Origin: Acidimicrobiia bacterium | GTDB taxonomy: Bacteria > Actinomycetota > Acidimicrobiia > Acidimicrobiales > Aldehydirespiratoraceae | NCBI GenBank assembly: GCA_022821685.1 | Contig: JAJEDD010000018.1 | Span: forward strand, 62,655-126,654 | Length of the DNA: 64,000 nucleotides | Direction: 5' to 3' | Part shown: positions 18,415 to 28,302 of the stretch, one piece after another | Layout: each line of letters starts with the position of its first letter | Position numbering within the stretch: the first letter of the stretch is position 1 | Translations under genes and position numbers: made by a program | Notes under the pieces: generated by a model | Told to the model about the DNA's origin: nothing | The model's input: only the letters and a program-made list of their open reading frames with translations | Databases searched by the model: none

Positions 18415-19569
18415 ATGACCCGAACCTGGGCGGTGATCGCGGGTGGCGGCACGGCCGGCCATGTGCTGCCGGGGATCAGCATCGGCGAGGAGATCATCGG
18501 CCGGGGCGTTCCGCGTGAAGCCGTCCACTTCGTGGGCAGCGGGCGCGGCGTCGAGACCCGGCTGGTGCCCGAGGCCGGATTCAGCCTCACCGCGCTGCCC
18601 GGTCGGGGCCTGCGGCGCAGCCTCACTCCCGCCGGCGCGGCCGCCAATGCCAGGGCGACGGCTGAGCTCGCCGGGGCCGTCGCCCAGGCGGTGGGCGTGC
18701 TGCGGCGCCGCAAGCCGGCGGTGGTGGTGGGGCTGGGAGGCTACGCCTCGGCAGCCTGCGGCGCGGCCGCCGCCCTGCTGCGGGTGCCGCTGGTGATCAC
18801 CGAGCAGAACGCGGTGCCCGGCCTGGCCAACCGGCTGCTGAGCCCGCTCGCGTCCGGCGCGGCGGTCGCCTTCGAGTCAACCAGCCTGCGGAAGGCCACC
18901 TGGACGGGCAACCCTGTGCGCAGCGAGGTGCTCGCGGTCGACCGCTCGGCGCATCGGGCCGCGGCCCGCTCCGCGCTGGGCGTGGGCGACGGCCGCCGGA
19001 TGGTGGCCGTGTTCGGAGGCTCGCTCGGAGCCCGAACGATCAACGATGCCGTGGCGGGCGCGCTGGGCCTTTGGAGCGACCGGCACGACCTCCACATTCG
19101 CCACATTGCCGGGCCCCGCCACCACGAGGATCTGTCGCGCCGGGTGGCGGCGCGCACGCCGCGGGCCGTCGGCTACGACCTGATCGCCTACGAGGACGAC
19201 ATGGCCTCGGTGTACGCCGCAGCCGACCTGGTGGTAGGCCGGGCCGGCGCCACCACCGTGGCCGAGTTGGCCGCCGTGGGAGTGCCGGCCGTGCTGGTGC
19301 CGCTGCCGGGCGCGCCCGGCGACCACCAGACCGCCAACGCCCGCAGGCTCGAGGCCGCGGGCGGCGCGGTGCTGGTCCCCGACGCAGACCTCGACGCGGC
19401 CCGGCTGGTCGCCGAGGTGGACAGTCTGCTCGAGGACTCGGGCCGTCTCGACGCGATGTCCGCCGCGGTCCGGTCGCCCGCCCGCCCCGACGCGGCCCGA
19501 GCCGTGGTGGACCTGATGCAAAGCTGCGCCCGGCGCCCCTTCCCCGACCGCTCACAAGCCGCAGGATGA
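18415..19569 (+). CDS. murG: UDP-N-acetylglucosamine--N-acetylmuramyl-(pentapeptide) pyrophosphoryl-undecaprenol GlcNAc transferase
   Basis: AGGGTAGHVLPG N-terminus, GGSLGA, GATTVAELAAVGVPAVLVPLP. Confidence 0.9.
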   Translation: MTRTWAVIAGGGTAGHVLPGISIGEEIIGRGVPREAVHFVGSGRGVETRLVPEAGFSLTALPGRGLRRSLTPAGAAANARATAELAGAVAQAVGVLRRRKPAVVVGLGGYASAACGAAAALLRVPLVITEQNAVPGLANRLLSPLASGAAVAFESTSLRKATWTGNPVRSEVLAVDRSAHRAAARSALGVGDGRRMVAVFGGSLGARTINDAVAGALGLWSDRHDLHIRHIAGPRHHEDLSRRVAARTPRAVGYDLIAYEDDMASVYAAADLVVGRAGATTVAELAAVGVPAVLVPLPGAPGDHQTANARRLEAAGGAVLVPDADLDAARLVAEVDSLLEDSGRLDAMSAAVRSPARPDAARAVVDLMQSCARRPFPDRSQAAG

Positions 19570-19642
19570 GCCCCGTCTCCAGCGGTTCCCCGACCCTTCG
19601 AAGGCGACCGCGTAGAGTCTCCGCGACGCTGCGACTCCCAGG

Positions 19643-21064
19643 GTGAGTTCCGTGGACCTGTCTGTTCCCACCTCCATCCATGTGATCGGCGCGGGCGGCG
19701 CCGGGATGTGCGCCATCGCGTCGGTGCTGCGGTCCATGGGCCACCGGGTGACCGGATCCGACCTGCGCGACGGCCCGGCGGTGGCCCGGCTGCGCGCCGA
19801 GGGGGTGCCGGTGGCCATCGGCCACGACCCGGCGAATTTGGGTGACGCCGCCCTCGTCGCCATCTCGTCGGCCATCCGCGACAGCAACCCCGAGGTGCGC
19901 GCCGCCCACAAGTCGGGCGTGCCGGTGGTGAGGCGCAGCGAGATCCTGCCCGCCATCGCCGCGAACCGCCGAACCATCGCGGTGGCGGGCACCCACGGCA
20001 AGACCACCACCAGCTCCATGCTGGCGCTGGCGCTAGTGGAGGCCGGGCTCGACCCCTCCTTCATCATCGGCGGCGACGTCAACGAGATCGGCACCGGCGC
20101 GATGTGGGACAGCGGCGAATGGTTCGTGGTGGAGGCCGACGAGAACGACCACACCTTCCTGTCGCTCGACCCGGAAGTGGCGGTGGTGACCAGCGTCGAG
20201 TCCGACCACCTCGAGAACTATCAGGACTCGCCCGACGCTCTGGCTGCGGCCTTCGAGCAGTTCCTGGCCTCGTCGCGCCACCGGATCGTGTGCGCCGACG
20301 ATCCCGGCGCGGCCCGGCTGGGCACTGCGGTTGGCGCGGCCAGCTACGGCACCGATCCCGGCGCCGACTTCCGCATGGTGGACGTGTCGCTGAAGATGCC
20401 CACCTCCCGATTCGAGCTTTGGAACGCCGAGACGCGACTGGGGCCGGTGACGCTGCCCATACCGGGCCTGCACAATGCCCTCAACGCGACCGCCGCCATC
20501 GTGGCCGCCGTCACCGCCGGGGCGAGCTTCGCCGACGCAGTCCGGGCGCTGGCCCGCTTCGGGGGCGTGGCCCGGCGCTTCGAGTTCCGCGGCGACGCGG
20601 CCGGCGTCACCTTCGTGGACGACTACGCCCATCTGCCCGGCGAGGTCGAGGCCGCGCTGGCCGCGGCCGGAACCGGCGACTGGAGCAGGGTGGTGTGCGT
20701 CTTCCAGCCCCATCGGTACAGCCGGGTCGCCTCCGTCGGCTCGCACTTCGCGAATTCCTTCACCGGGGCGGACCACCTGGTGCTGACCGAGATCTATCCG
20801 GCGGGCGAGGCCCCCCGACCCGGCGTCACCTCGAAGATCGTCCTCGACGCCGTCCTCGACGCCCATCCGTGGTCGTCGGTGACCTGGCTGCCCCGGCTAG
20901 ACGAGGTGGCCGACTGGCTGGAGGCCCGGCTTCGCCCCGGCGACCTGTGCCTCACGCTGGGCGCCGGCGACCTCACCTCGACGCCCGACGCAGTCATAGA
21001 GCGCCTCGAAGCCAAGGTCGAGCCGATCGGCGCGGCCCCTGGGGAAGCGGGGGCTCGGGGGTGA
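19643..21064 (+). CDS. murC: UDP-N-acetylmuramate--L-alanine ligase
   Basis: IHVIGAGGAGMCAIA, AVAGTHGKTTTSSM, DDYAHLPGE. Confidence 0.9.
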   Translation: MSSVDLSVPTSIHVIGAGGAGMCAIASVLRSMGHRVTGSDLRDGPAVARLRAEGVPVAIGHDPANLGDAALVAISSAIRDSNPEVRAAHKSGVPVVRRSEILPAIAANRRTIAVAGTHGKTTTSSMLALALVEAGLDPSFIIGGDVNEIGTGAMWDSGEWFVVEADENDHTFLSLDPEVAVVTSVESDHLENYQDSPDALAAAFEQFLASSRHRIVCADDPGAARLGTAVGAASYGTDPGADFRMVDVSLKMPTSRFELWNAETRLGPVTLPIPGLHNALNATAAIVAAVTAGASFADAVRALARFGGVARRFEFRGDAAGVTFVDDYAHLPGEVEAALAAAGTGDWSRVVCVFQPHRYSRVASVGSHFANSFTGADHLVLTEIYPAGEAPRPGVTSKIVLDAVLDAHPWSSVTWLPRLDEVADWLEARLRPGDLCLTLGAGDLTSTPDAVIERLEAKVEPIGAAPGEAGARG

Positions 21065-22008
21065 CTCCGGCCGAGCCTCAGTCTGTCGCCGAACTCGGCC
21101 GGCGCCTTGCCCGCTCGCGCCTCGCGCCCTCGCTGCGAGCCGACTACGCACTGGCCCCCCACACCACTTACCGGGTCGGCGGCCCGGCCCGGCTCTTCGT
21201 TACCGTGGCCGACCTCGCCGAGCTCGAAGCCCTGGCCGCCGTCGTCTCGGGCGGACCGCCCGTGCCGGTGCTGGTGGTGGGCAGAGGCTCCAATCTGCTG
21301 GTGGCCGACCGCGGCTTCGACGGCCTCGCCGTCGCCCTGGGGGCCGGTCTGGCCGGATTCGAGATCGACGATGAGACGGTCGGCGCCTCCGGGGCCGCCC
21401 TGCTGCCCGTCGTGGCCCGGGCCACGGTGGAGGCCGGGCTCGGTGGCTTCGAGTGGGCGGTTGGGGTGCCGGGCACGGTGGGCGGGGCGGTGAGGATGAA
21501 CGCGGGCGGCCACGGATCGGACATGTCCGGCTCGCTCATCGACGCGGTGATTGTGGACCTGTACCGCGGGGACACCACCGTGTGGGCCGCGTCCGAGCTC
21601 GGGCTCGGCTACCGCACCAGCCGCGTCGCCGCCCACCAGGTGGTCGCCTCTGTAAGGCTGAGGTTGAGGTTTGGGGATCGCGAGGCGTCGAGGTCCGAAC
21701 TGGCCGAGATCGTTGCGTGGCGGCGGGCCAACCAGCCGGGCGGGCGCAATGCCGGGTCGGTGTTCACCAATCCCGAGCACGCGGCCGCGGGCGAACTCAT
21801 CGAGTCCGCCGGAGCCAAGGGCCTGCGAGTGGGCAGCGCCGAAGTCTCGGCCAAGCACGCCAACTTCATCCAGGCTGACGAGGGCGGGCGGGCCGCCGAC
21901 ATCGTGGCGCTGATGCGCGAGGTGCGCCGCCGCGTCGGCGAGGCCCACGGCATAGAACTGTTGCCCGAGACCTGCCTGGTGGGCTTCGAGCCGCGGGAGC
22001 GGCTGTGA
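21061..22008 (+). CDS. murB: UDP-N-acetylenolpyruvoylglucosamine reductase
   Basis: GTGA overlap with the murC stop. HTTYRVGGPA, VVGRGSNLLV (FAD-binding domain), GSVFTNP, AKHANF. Confidence 0.85.
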   Translation: MTPAEPQSVAELGRRLARSRLAPSLRADYALAPHTTYRVGGPARLFVTVADLAELEALAAVVSGGPPVPVLVVGRGSNLLVADRGFDGLAVALGAGLAGFEIDDETVGASGAALLPVVARATVEAGLGGFEWAVGVPGTVGGAVRMNAGGHGSDMSGSLIDAVIVDLYRGDTTVWAASELGLGYRTSRVAAHQVVASVRLRLRFGDREASRSELAEIVAWRRANQPGGRNAGSVFTNPEHAAAGELIESAGAKGLRVGSAEVSAKHANFIQADEGGRAADIVALMREVRRRVGEAHGIELLPETCLVGFEPRERL

Positions 22009-22778
22009 GCACCGCCGCGGCAGAGGTGGATCCGCGCATGCGGGCACGCCGCGTCGCGGTGATCAGAGCCGAGGGGCGCCGGCGGCTGCGGGTGCTGGCC
22101 GTCGCGTTGGGCGTCGTTGCGCTGGCCGCAGCTGCCTGGGGGATCAGCCGCACGCCGCTGCTCGATGTGGACCGGATCGCGGTCACCGGTATAGATCCCG
22201 CCAACCGGGCCGAGGTCCTCAACGCCTCGAACGTCACGGTCGGTGTGCCCATGCTGTTCCTCGACGTCGACGACGCCCGGCGCTCGATCACGTCGCTGCC
22301 CTGGGTCCGGTCGGCGCAGGTGTGGCGAGACTGGCCGGCCACGGTGCGCATCACCGTGGAGCCCCGGGTGCCGGTCGCCGTCGTGCCCGCCCCAGAGGGC
22401 CGGACCGCGCTGGTCGACGCATACGGCTACGTGATCGAGTGGGGCTCCGAGTCCGCCGGAGTGACCCATGTGTCGGTTCCGTTCTCGGGACAGCTCGGCG
22501 ACATCCACACTGCCGCGGAGGGGCCGCTGGCCGTAGTGGCGGCTCTGCCCGCCGATCTGCGCGCCTGGGTGTCCACCGTCACCGTTGAGGCGGACCGCGG
22601 CAACATAGGCCTCGCGCTGGTCGGCGGGGCCGCCGCGGTGCTGGGCGAGCCCGTGCTGATCGACGACAAGATCAGCGCGCTGCGCGCCGTGCTGGCCACC
22701 GCCGATCTGGAGTGTGTCACCATCATCGACGTCACCACGCCCGACATCGCCGCCGTGACCCGCCAGCATCCGTGCTGA
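22005..22778 (+). CDS. ftsQ: Cell-division protein FtsQ (POTRA domain)
   Basis: GTGA overlap with murB. Basic N-terminus, TM helix LRVLAVALGVVALAAAAWG, POTRA-like LDVDRIAVTG...V. Position before ftsZ. Confidence 0.8.
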   Translation: MSTAAAEVDPRMRARRVAVIRAEGRRRLRVLAVALGVVALAAAAWGISRTPLLDVDRIAVTGIDPANRAEVLNASNVTVGVPMLFLDVDDARRSITSLPWVRSAQVWRDWPATVRITVEPRVPVAVVPAPEGRTALVDAYGYVIEWGSESAGVTHVSVPFSGQLGDIHTAAEGPLAVVAALPADLRAWVSTVTVEADRGNIGLALVGGAAAVLGEPVLIDDKISALRAVLATADLECVTIIDVTTPDIAAVTRQHPC

Positions 22779-22904
22779 GAGCGTGCGGTGTTGCGGCTGT
22801 TTCGGCGGACCGTGAGGCGAGGCAGGCCGACCCTAAAGATCGACTTCGCGGTTGTCTCCCCTAAGATGCAGTGAAGGTTCAAACTTATGGAGGTTGACGC
22901 AGCG

Positions 22905-24032
22905 ATGGCCGATCCTCACAACTACCTCGCCGTCATCAGAGTGATTGGAGTCGGGGGCGGCGGCGTCAACGCCGTCAACCGCATGATCGACTCCGGCCTG
23001 AGGGGCGTTGAGTTCATTGCGGCCAACACCGACGCCCAGGCCCTGGCCATGAGCGACGCCGATGTGCGGATCGACCTCGGTCAGAGCCTCACTCGGGGCC
23101 TGGGAGCGGGCAGCAATCCCGAGGTGGGCAAGCAGGCGGCCGAGGAGCACATCGACGAGATCCGCGAGGCCCTCAACGGATCAGACATGGTGTTCATCAC
23201 CGTGGGCAAGGGCGGCGGCACCGGCACCGGCGCGGCGCCGGTGGTGGCCGAGGCGGCCAAGAGTTCCGGCGCCCTCACCATCGGAGTGGTGACCCGGCCC
23301 TTCAGCTTCGAGGGAGCCCGGCGCTCGGTGCAGGCCGAGGAGGGAATCCAGCGCCTCAAGGACAAGGTCGACACCTTGATCGTCATCCCCAACGATCGCC
23401 TGATCGCCATCGCCGATGAGAAGACCTCTATGCTCAACGCCTTCCGCATGGCCGACGAGGTGTTGATGCAGGGCGTGGGCGGGATCACCAGCCTCATCAC
23501 CACGCCCGGGCTCATCAACACCGACTTCGCCGATGTGCGCACCGTGCTCACCGAGGCGGGCAGCGCCCTGATGGGCATGGGATCCGCCAGCGGCGAGGGG
23601 CGGGCGGTCGCCGCGGCCCGGGCCGCCATTTCCAGCCCGCTGCTGGAGTCTTCGATCGACCGGTCCCAGGGCGTCCTGCTCAATATTTCCGGTGCCTCCA
23701 ACCTCGGACTGATGGAGGTGAACGAGGCGGCCGAGGTGGTGCGGTCCGTCGCCCACCAGGACGCCAACATCATCTTCGGAACGGTGATCGACGACGACCT
23801 CGAAGACGAGGTCAAGGTCACGGTGATTGCCGCGGGCTTCGAGAGCGACCGGCAGGGCTACGGGGGTGTCGACAGCCCGCGCCGACCGCGGCGCGAGGGC
23901 CGTCCGTCGCCGCGCTCCGGCGCTGGCGACGGAATGCAGATCGCCGACGTGTTCGCTACCGGCGAACACTCGGATGCGCCCGTCGGGGTCGATCTGAACG
24001 ACGAATTCGACGTTCCCGACTTCCTCCGATAA
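22905..24032 (+). CDS. ftsZ: Cell-division GTPase FtsZ
   Basis: [17 protein letters not shown], the tubulin signature [20 protein letters not shown], and a C-terminal DVPDFLR peptide. ATG 22905 preferred because GGAGG at 22890-22894 sits 10 nt upstream. ATG 22887 is the alternative. Confidence 0.95.
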   Translation: MADPHNYLAVIRVIGVGGGGVNAVNRMIDSGLRGVEFIAANTDAQALAMSDADVRIDLGQSLTRGLGAGSNPEVGKQAAEEHIDEIREALNGSDMVFITVGKGGGTGTGAAPVVAEAAKSSGALTIGVVTRPFSFEGARRSVQAEEGIQRLKDKVDTLIVIPNDRLIAIADEKTSMLNAFRMADEVLMQGVGGITSLITTPGLINTDFADVRTVLTEAGSALMGMGSASGEGRAVAAARAAISSPLLESSIDRSQGVLLNISGASNLGLMEVNEAAEVVRSVAHQDANIIFGTVIDDDLEDEVKVTVIAAGFESDRQGYGGVDSPRRPRREGRPSPRSGAGDGMQIADVFATGEHSDAPVGVDLNDEFDVPDFLR

Positions 24033-24051
24033 GACCCGACCCGCCCTTGGC

Positions 24052-24747
24052 ATGATCGAGCGGCTGGTGCCCGCCGGTGGGGGACTGGTCGCCAGGGTCC
24101 GCTGCTCCCAGAGATCCGACGGCGACTTCCGCTGCGACGCCGACGCGAGGTCCGGCTCCGACCTTGCGCCCCGGCGCCACGCGCTTCTGGCCGGGGAGTG
24201 GACCTGGCTCGAGCAGGTTCACGGCGCCGACATCGTGGTGGTGGCCGAGCCGGGCGGCGGGGCCGGTGCGGTGGCCGACGCCGCGGTGACTTCCGTGCCC
24301 GGGGCGGTGCTGGCCGTTCACACCGCCGACTGTGCGCCGGTGGTGGTGGCGGGCGGCGGGGCAGTGGGTGTGGCCCATGCTGGATGGCGGGGCATCGTGG
24401 CCGGGGTGTTGGGCGAGGCCGTCAAGGCTCTGCGCAGCCTGGTGTCGGACCCGGACGCTGGTCTGCGAGCGGTGGTGGGGCCGGTGGTCAGGCCCGCAGC
24501 CTACGAGTTCGGCCCCGCCGATCTGGCCGCGGTGGGCTGCGCCGTCGGCTGCGACGTGTCCGGCGTCACCTCGTGGGGCGCGCCCTCCCTTGATCTCGTC
24601 GCAGCGGTGCGGGGCGCGCTGGGCGCGGCCGGTGTGGGCGAAGTGGAGGACCTGGGGCTCGACACCTCCCGCGAGGCGTTCTTCTCACACCGGGTCCGCG
24701 GCGAGCGGGCCAGAGGCGCCACCGCCGTCCGCTTGGAGCCGGCATGA
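24052..24747 (+). CDS. pgeF: Peptidoglycan editing factor PgeF / YfiH (laccase-domain protein)
   Basis: HTADCAPVV and VAHAGWRG motifs. Conserved position after ftsZ. Confidence 0.8.
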   Translation: MIERLVPAGGGLVARVRCSQRSDGDFRCDADARSGSDLAPRRHALLAGEWTWLEQVHGADIVVVAEPGGGAGAVADAAVTSVPGAVLAVHTADCAPVVVAGGGAVGVAHAGWRGIVAGVLGEAVKALRSLVSDPDAGLRAVVGPVVRPAAYEFGPADLAAVGCAVGCDVSGVTSWGAPSLDLVAAVRGALGAAGVGEVEDLGLDTSREAFFSHRVRGERARGATAVRLEPA

Positions 24748-25460
24748 GCGTCGAGCCGACCGACCCCGCCGCGGCAAGTCCGGTTGGAGTCGGCATGAAC
24801 GCCGCGGTCGGGGAGCGCTATGAGGCGCTGCGAGCCCGCATCGCCGAGGCGGGCGGCCGTGACGTCGCTGTGGTCGCGGTCACTAAGGCGCTCGACTCGT
24901 GGGCCATCGACGCGGTCGCGGCCTGCGGCATCGGCCACATCGGCGAGAACTACGCCCAGGAGCTGGTGACCAAGCTGGCCGGGTCGGCCGCCGTGCCCAG
25001 GCCCCGGGTCCACTTCGTAGGGCGCTTGCAGCGCAACAAGGTCAAGATGCTGGCCGGCTGCGTCGATGTGTGGCAGACGGTCGACCGGGCGGAGCTGGCC
25101 CGCGAGATCGGCCGCCGCGCCCCCGGTGCGGCGGTGATGATTCAGGTCAACATCTCGTCGGAGCCATCCAAGGGCGGCTGTGCGCCCGCCGAAACCGAGC
25201 AGCTGGCCTCGGTGGTAGACGAAGCGGGACTGAAGCTGGTCGGTCTGATGGGCATAGGCCCCGCCGGTCCGCCCGAGGGCGCCCGAAGCGGCTTCAGGTC
25301 GCTGCGACAGCTAGTCGACGGCCTGGGCCTGCGCCACTGTTCGATGGGCATGACCGACGATCTCGAGATTGCCGTGGCCGAGGGCGCCACCATGGTGCGG
25401 ATAGGCAGGAGCCTCTTCGGCGAACGTCCCCGCCACAACCCGCGACCCGTGTCACAATGA
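24744..25460 (+). CDS. yggS: YggS-family pyridoxal-phosphate homeostasis protein
   Basis: VAVTK (PLP lysine), IGENYAQE, HFVGRLQRNK, SMGMTDD. ATGA overlap with pgeF. Confidence 0.85.
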   Translation: MSVEPTDPAAASPVGVGMNAAVGERYEALRARIAEAGGRDVAVVAVTKALDSWAIDAVAACGIGHIGENYAQELVTKLAGSAAVPRPRVHFVGRLQRNKVKMLAGCVDVWQTVDRAELAREIGRRAPGAAVMIQVNISSEPSKGGCAPAETEQLASVVDEAGLKLVGLMGIGPAGPPEGARSGFRSLRQLVDGLGLRHCSMGMTDDLEIAVAEGATMVRIGRSLFGERPRHNPRPVSQ

Positions 25461-25521
25461 CGGGGGTCACCGAGAATCTAACGACGAGCGTGACGCGCTA
25501 AAGTCTGCTCAAGGAGCGACG

Positions 25522-26073
25522 ATGCTGAAGAAGGCGATGATCTACCTCGGGCTCGGGCCCGACGAGCACTACGAGAGCTACGAAGACCCGATCCGCCCCC
25601 ACCAATCCCAGCCGACCGGGCCGGGCCGCTACCCCGCAGGTGTCGATGCGGCGCCCGGGCAGGGAGTGTCGGTCGCGCCGGGTTCGGCCCCCGACAGTGC
25701 TGTGCTGGGCCGGACTGTGCGGCCCATCAGCCTTGCGTCGGCCGACGGCGGCACCTCCATGGACGACCTCGACCCCGAGGGCTCGGTTCGGGTGGTGCAT
25801 TCGATGCCCCCCAAGACCATGAAGCCCCATGCCGTGTCTCCCGACGCCTTCAACGATGCCCAGGAGATCGGCGACCGTTTCAAGTCGGGCCAGCCCGTGA
25901 TCGTCAACCTTCAGGCCGCAGACCGGGATCTCAGGCGTCGCCTGGTGGACTTCTCCAGCGGGCTCTGCTACGCGATGGGCGGCAAGATGGACCGAGTCGC
26001 CGACCAGGTGTACCTGCTCACCCCGGCCGATGTGGAGGTGTCGCGAGGCGCCGCCCGACGCAGGCGCACCTGA
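25522..26073 (+). CDS. sepF: Cell-division protein SepF
   Basis: AAGGAG Shine-Dalgarno sequence 6 nt upstream. MLKKAMIYLGL N-terminal membrane-binding helix. C-terminal DAQEIGDRFKSGQPVIVNL...RRLVDFSSGLCYAMGG. Confidence 0.9.
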   Translation: MLKKAMIYLGLGPDEHYESYEDPIRPHQSQPTGPGRYPAGVDAAPGQGVSVAPGSAPDSAVLGRTVRPISLASADGGTSMDDLDPEGSVRVVHSMPPKTMKPHAVSPDAFNDAQEIGDRFKSGQPVIVNLQAADRDLRRRLVDFSSGLCYAMGGKMDRVADQVYLLTPADVEVSRGAARRRRT

Positions 26074-26085
26074 GCACAACCTCAA

Positions 26086-26355
26086 GTGCTCGGGATTCTC
26101 TGTCTGCTGCTGCAGCTCTATGTGTTTGCCATCTTCGGCCGGGTGCTGCTGAGCTGGTTCCCCCTCAACCCGAACGGCGCGATGGCCACCGTCGCCGGGT
26201 TCCTGTTCACGGTGACCGATCCGGTCATGCGGCCGGTGCGGCGCATGCTGCCCGCGGCCCGTTTCGGCGGTATGGCCCTCGACTTCTCGCCCGTGATCGT
26301 GATCTTCGGCATCTTCTTCCTCCAGCGAATTCTCAGAGCCCTCGGAATCTGCTGA
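26086..26355 (+). CDS. yggT: YggT-family membrane protein
   Basis: 89 aa with two TM helices, LLSWFPLNP and TDPVMRPVRR motifs. Confidence 0.8.
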   Translation: MLGILCLLLQLYVFAIFGRVLLSWFPLNPNGAMATVAGFLFTVTDPVMRPVRRMLPAARFGGMALDFSPVIVIFGIFFLQRILRALGIC

Positions 26356-26425
26356 GGCCGAGCTTGCGAGGCCGTGGCCCGAGCGGCCCGTGAGCGCAGC
26401 GAACAAGAGCGGGTAATACGCCCGG
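26354..26425 (+). mobile_element. MITE-like element, copy b (internally deleted, core retained)
   Basis: gaggccgagc..gaggccgtggcccgagcggcccgtgagcgcagcgaacaagagcggg. Starts on the yggT stop codon. Confidence 0.65.
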
Positions 26426-26467
26426 AGCATCCACCAACCGCGATGGTGGCCGTGGCATCATCGCCGC

Positions 26468-27772
26468 ATGAACGCACTCAGCGACCTCGCAACCGAGGTC
26501 AAGTTTCGTGAGCGGATGCGCGGCTACGACTATGAAGAGGTCGACGACTACGTCAAACAGGTGAGCCGCGCCGCCGCCCAAGCCCAGGATCGCATTGCCG
26601 AGCTCGAGCGCCGTTTAGATCAACGCCAGTCCCCCGACGGCAGCGACGACGGCGACCCGGAGATGCGCGAGACGCTGCTGCGCACGCTTGTGCTGGCCCA
26701 GCGCACAGCCGACTCGGCGGTGTCGGAGGCGCGCACGGAGGCCAAATCGATCACCGACTCGGCCAAAGAGCGGGCGGCCAAGACTGTCTCCGAGGCCGAG
26801 GCGGCAGCCAACGAGCGCCTGCGCTCGGCGGAGGAACGTGCCGCCTCGATGCTGGCCGAGTCCGAGGAGAACGGCCAGCTAATCCTCGCTGAGGCGAAGC
26901 GAACGGCTGCGGCCGAGCTGGCCACCGAGCGCGAGCGGGCCCAGGCGGAGCTGCGGGAACTGGAGGCGTCCAAGGCTGAGATGACGACCGTGGTGGCCGA
27001 GATCCAGACTCGACTGAACAGCGAGCGCGAGACGCTGAGAGGTCTGGCCGACTCGTTCCAGTCCTTCGCCGACAAGTTCGAGCCGGCGACCGACATCGCG
27101 GAGGGCCCGGCCGCGGCTGACGATGCGGCCGCAGCCGACATGGAAGCCGACAAGGCGTCCGCAGACGACGAGACGGCCGACGGCGCCGCATCCGGCGGCG
27201 CGCTCGAGGCGTCGGCAGAGGTCGCCGCAGAGCCTGTCGCAGGCGGGGAGGAGGCTGCCCCCAGTGCCGCCGATGACTCTGCCGCCGACCAAGCCGTCGA
27301 AGCCGATCCCGAGCCCATCCCCGGCTCAGACAGCACTGCTCGACCAGGCGCCGGCGCGGCCGAAGCGGCTCGGCCCGCCGATGGCGACGCAGACATCGAC
27401 GATGTCGATGCCGTGCCGGAGGTTCCCGTGGTCGCGTGGGACGACGAGATCGACCCCGACCGATCGGCGGGCGCCGACACCGCAGCGCTCGAGCCGGTGG
27501 CGGCGGAAATGGTCCCGCTGGGCAACGGCTCGGCGAATCGTGAACCCGCCGACCGCTTCGGCGGCGAGATCGCAGCCTCGGGACCGGCGACCATGCCCTT
27601 CGGGGTCGACAGCCCCGAGCTCTTCGACATCGACGCCGAGGAGGACCCCGAGTTCATCGAACAGCTTCGTCAGGTGGTAAGCAGCGAGGCACCCATGCCC
27701 GACGGCGACGCGGCCATGGCGGCCTTCTTCGATCACGACGACGGAGCCAGCGCCCGAAGCGGGCGGCGGTAG
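26468..27772 (+). CDS. divIVA: DivIVA-domain protein with a long acidic Ala/Asp/Glu-rich C-terminal extension
   Basis: N-terminal DivIVA motif FRERMRGYDYEEVDDYV, a coiled coil to about residue 190, then about 240 aa of low complexity. Confidence 0.85.
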   Translation: MNALSDLATEVKFRERMRGYDYEEVDDYVKQVSRAAAQAQDRIAELERRLDQRQSPDGSDDGDPEMRETLLRTLVLAQRTADSAVSEARTEAKSITDSAKERAAKTVSEAEAAANERLRSAEERAASMLAESEENGQLILAEAKRTAAAELATERERAQAELRELEASKAEMTTVVAEIQTRLNSERETLRGLADSFQSFADKFEPATDIAEGPAAADDAAAADMEADKASADDETADGAASGGALEASAEVAAEPVAGGEEAAPSAADDSAADQAVEADPEPIPGSDSTARPGAGAAEAARPADGDADIDDVDAVPEVPVVAWDDEIDPDRSAGADTAALEPVAAEMVPLGNGSANREPADRFGGEIAASGPATMPFGVDSPELFDIDAEEDPEFIEQLRQVVSSEAPMPDGDAAMAAFFDHDDGASARSGRR

Positions 27773-27826
27773 GCTCGCGCCGCCCCGAGCCGTCGCTGCG
27801 TCGACGGCAGGACCGGAGTTCCAGAC

Positions 27827-28288
27827 ATGGCCAAGGCCAAGAGCACGCAGTCCGCCCGATCCGGAGCCAAGAAGTCAGCCGGCGGTGCCGCCAAGGTAAA
27901 GCCGGCCCACCCCCGTTTCGACGCGTCGTTCCTCGATGAGATGCGTCGCAAGCTGCTCAAGGAGCGGGCCAAATACCTCCATTCGGCTGAGGAGTACCAG
28001 GCGGAGGCGGAGTCGCTGCTCGACACGCGGGAGCCCGGCGACGTGCAGTTCGACGAGGAGGGGGGCGAGGGCACCACCGTGGCGGTCGAGCGGGAGCGCG
28101 ATCTTGCCCTCTCCAGTCAGGCCCGCCACACCGTCGGCCAGATCGACGCCGCGCTGGAGCGCATCGACGACGGCACATTCGGCTTCTGTGTCACTTCCGG
28201 TGCGCCCATTCCCAAGGCTCGCCTCCGGGCCATCCCCTGGGCGGCCGAGCGCGTCGAGGTCAAGGCGGGCGGCCTCGGCCGCCGCTAG
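27827..28288 (+). CDS. DksA/TraR-like protein lacking the C4 zinc finger
   Basis: Coiled-coil region, then IDAALERIDDGTFGFCVTSGAPIPKARLRAIPWAAERV. This aligns to the DksA/TraR finger but keeps only one Cys. Confidence 0.6.
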   Translation: MAKAKSTQSARSGAKKSAGGAAKVKPAHPRFDASFLDEMRRKLLKERAKYLHSAEEYQAEAESLLDTREPGDVQFDEEGGEGTTVAVERERDLALSSQARHTVGQIDAALERIDDGTFGFCVTSGAPIPKARLRAIPWAAERVEVKAGGLGRR

Positions 28289-28302
28289 ACGACCGGGCCC
28301 CT

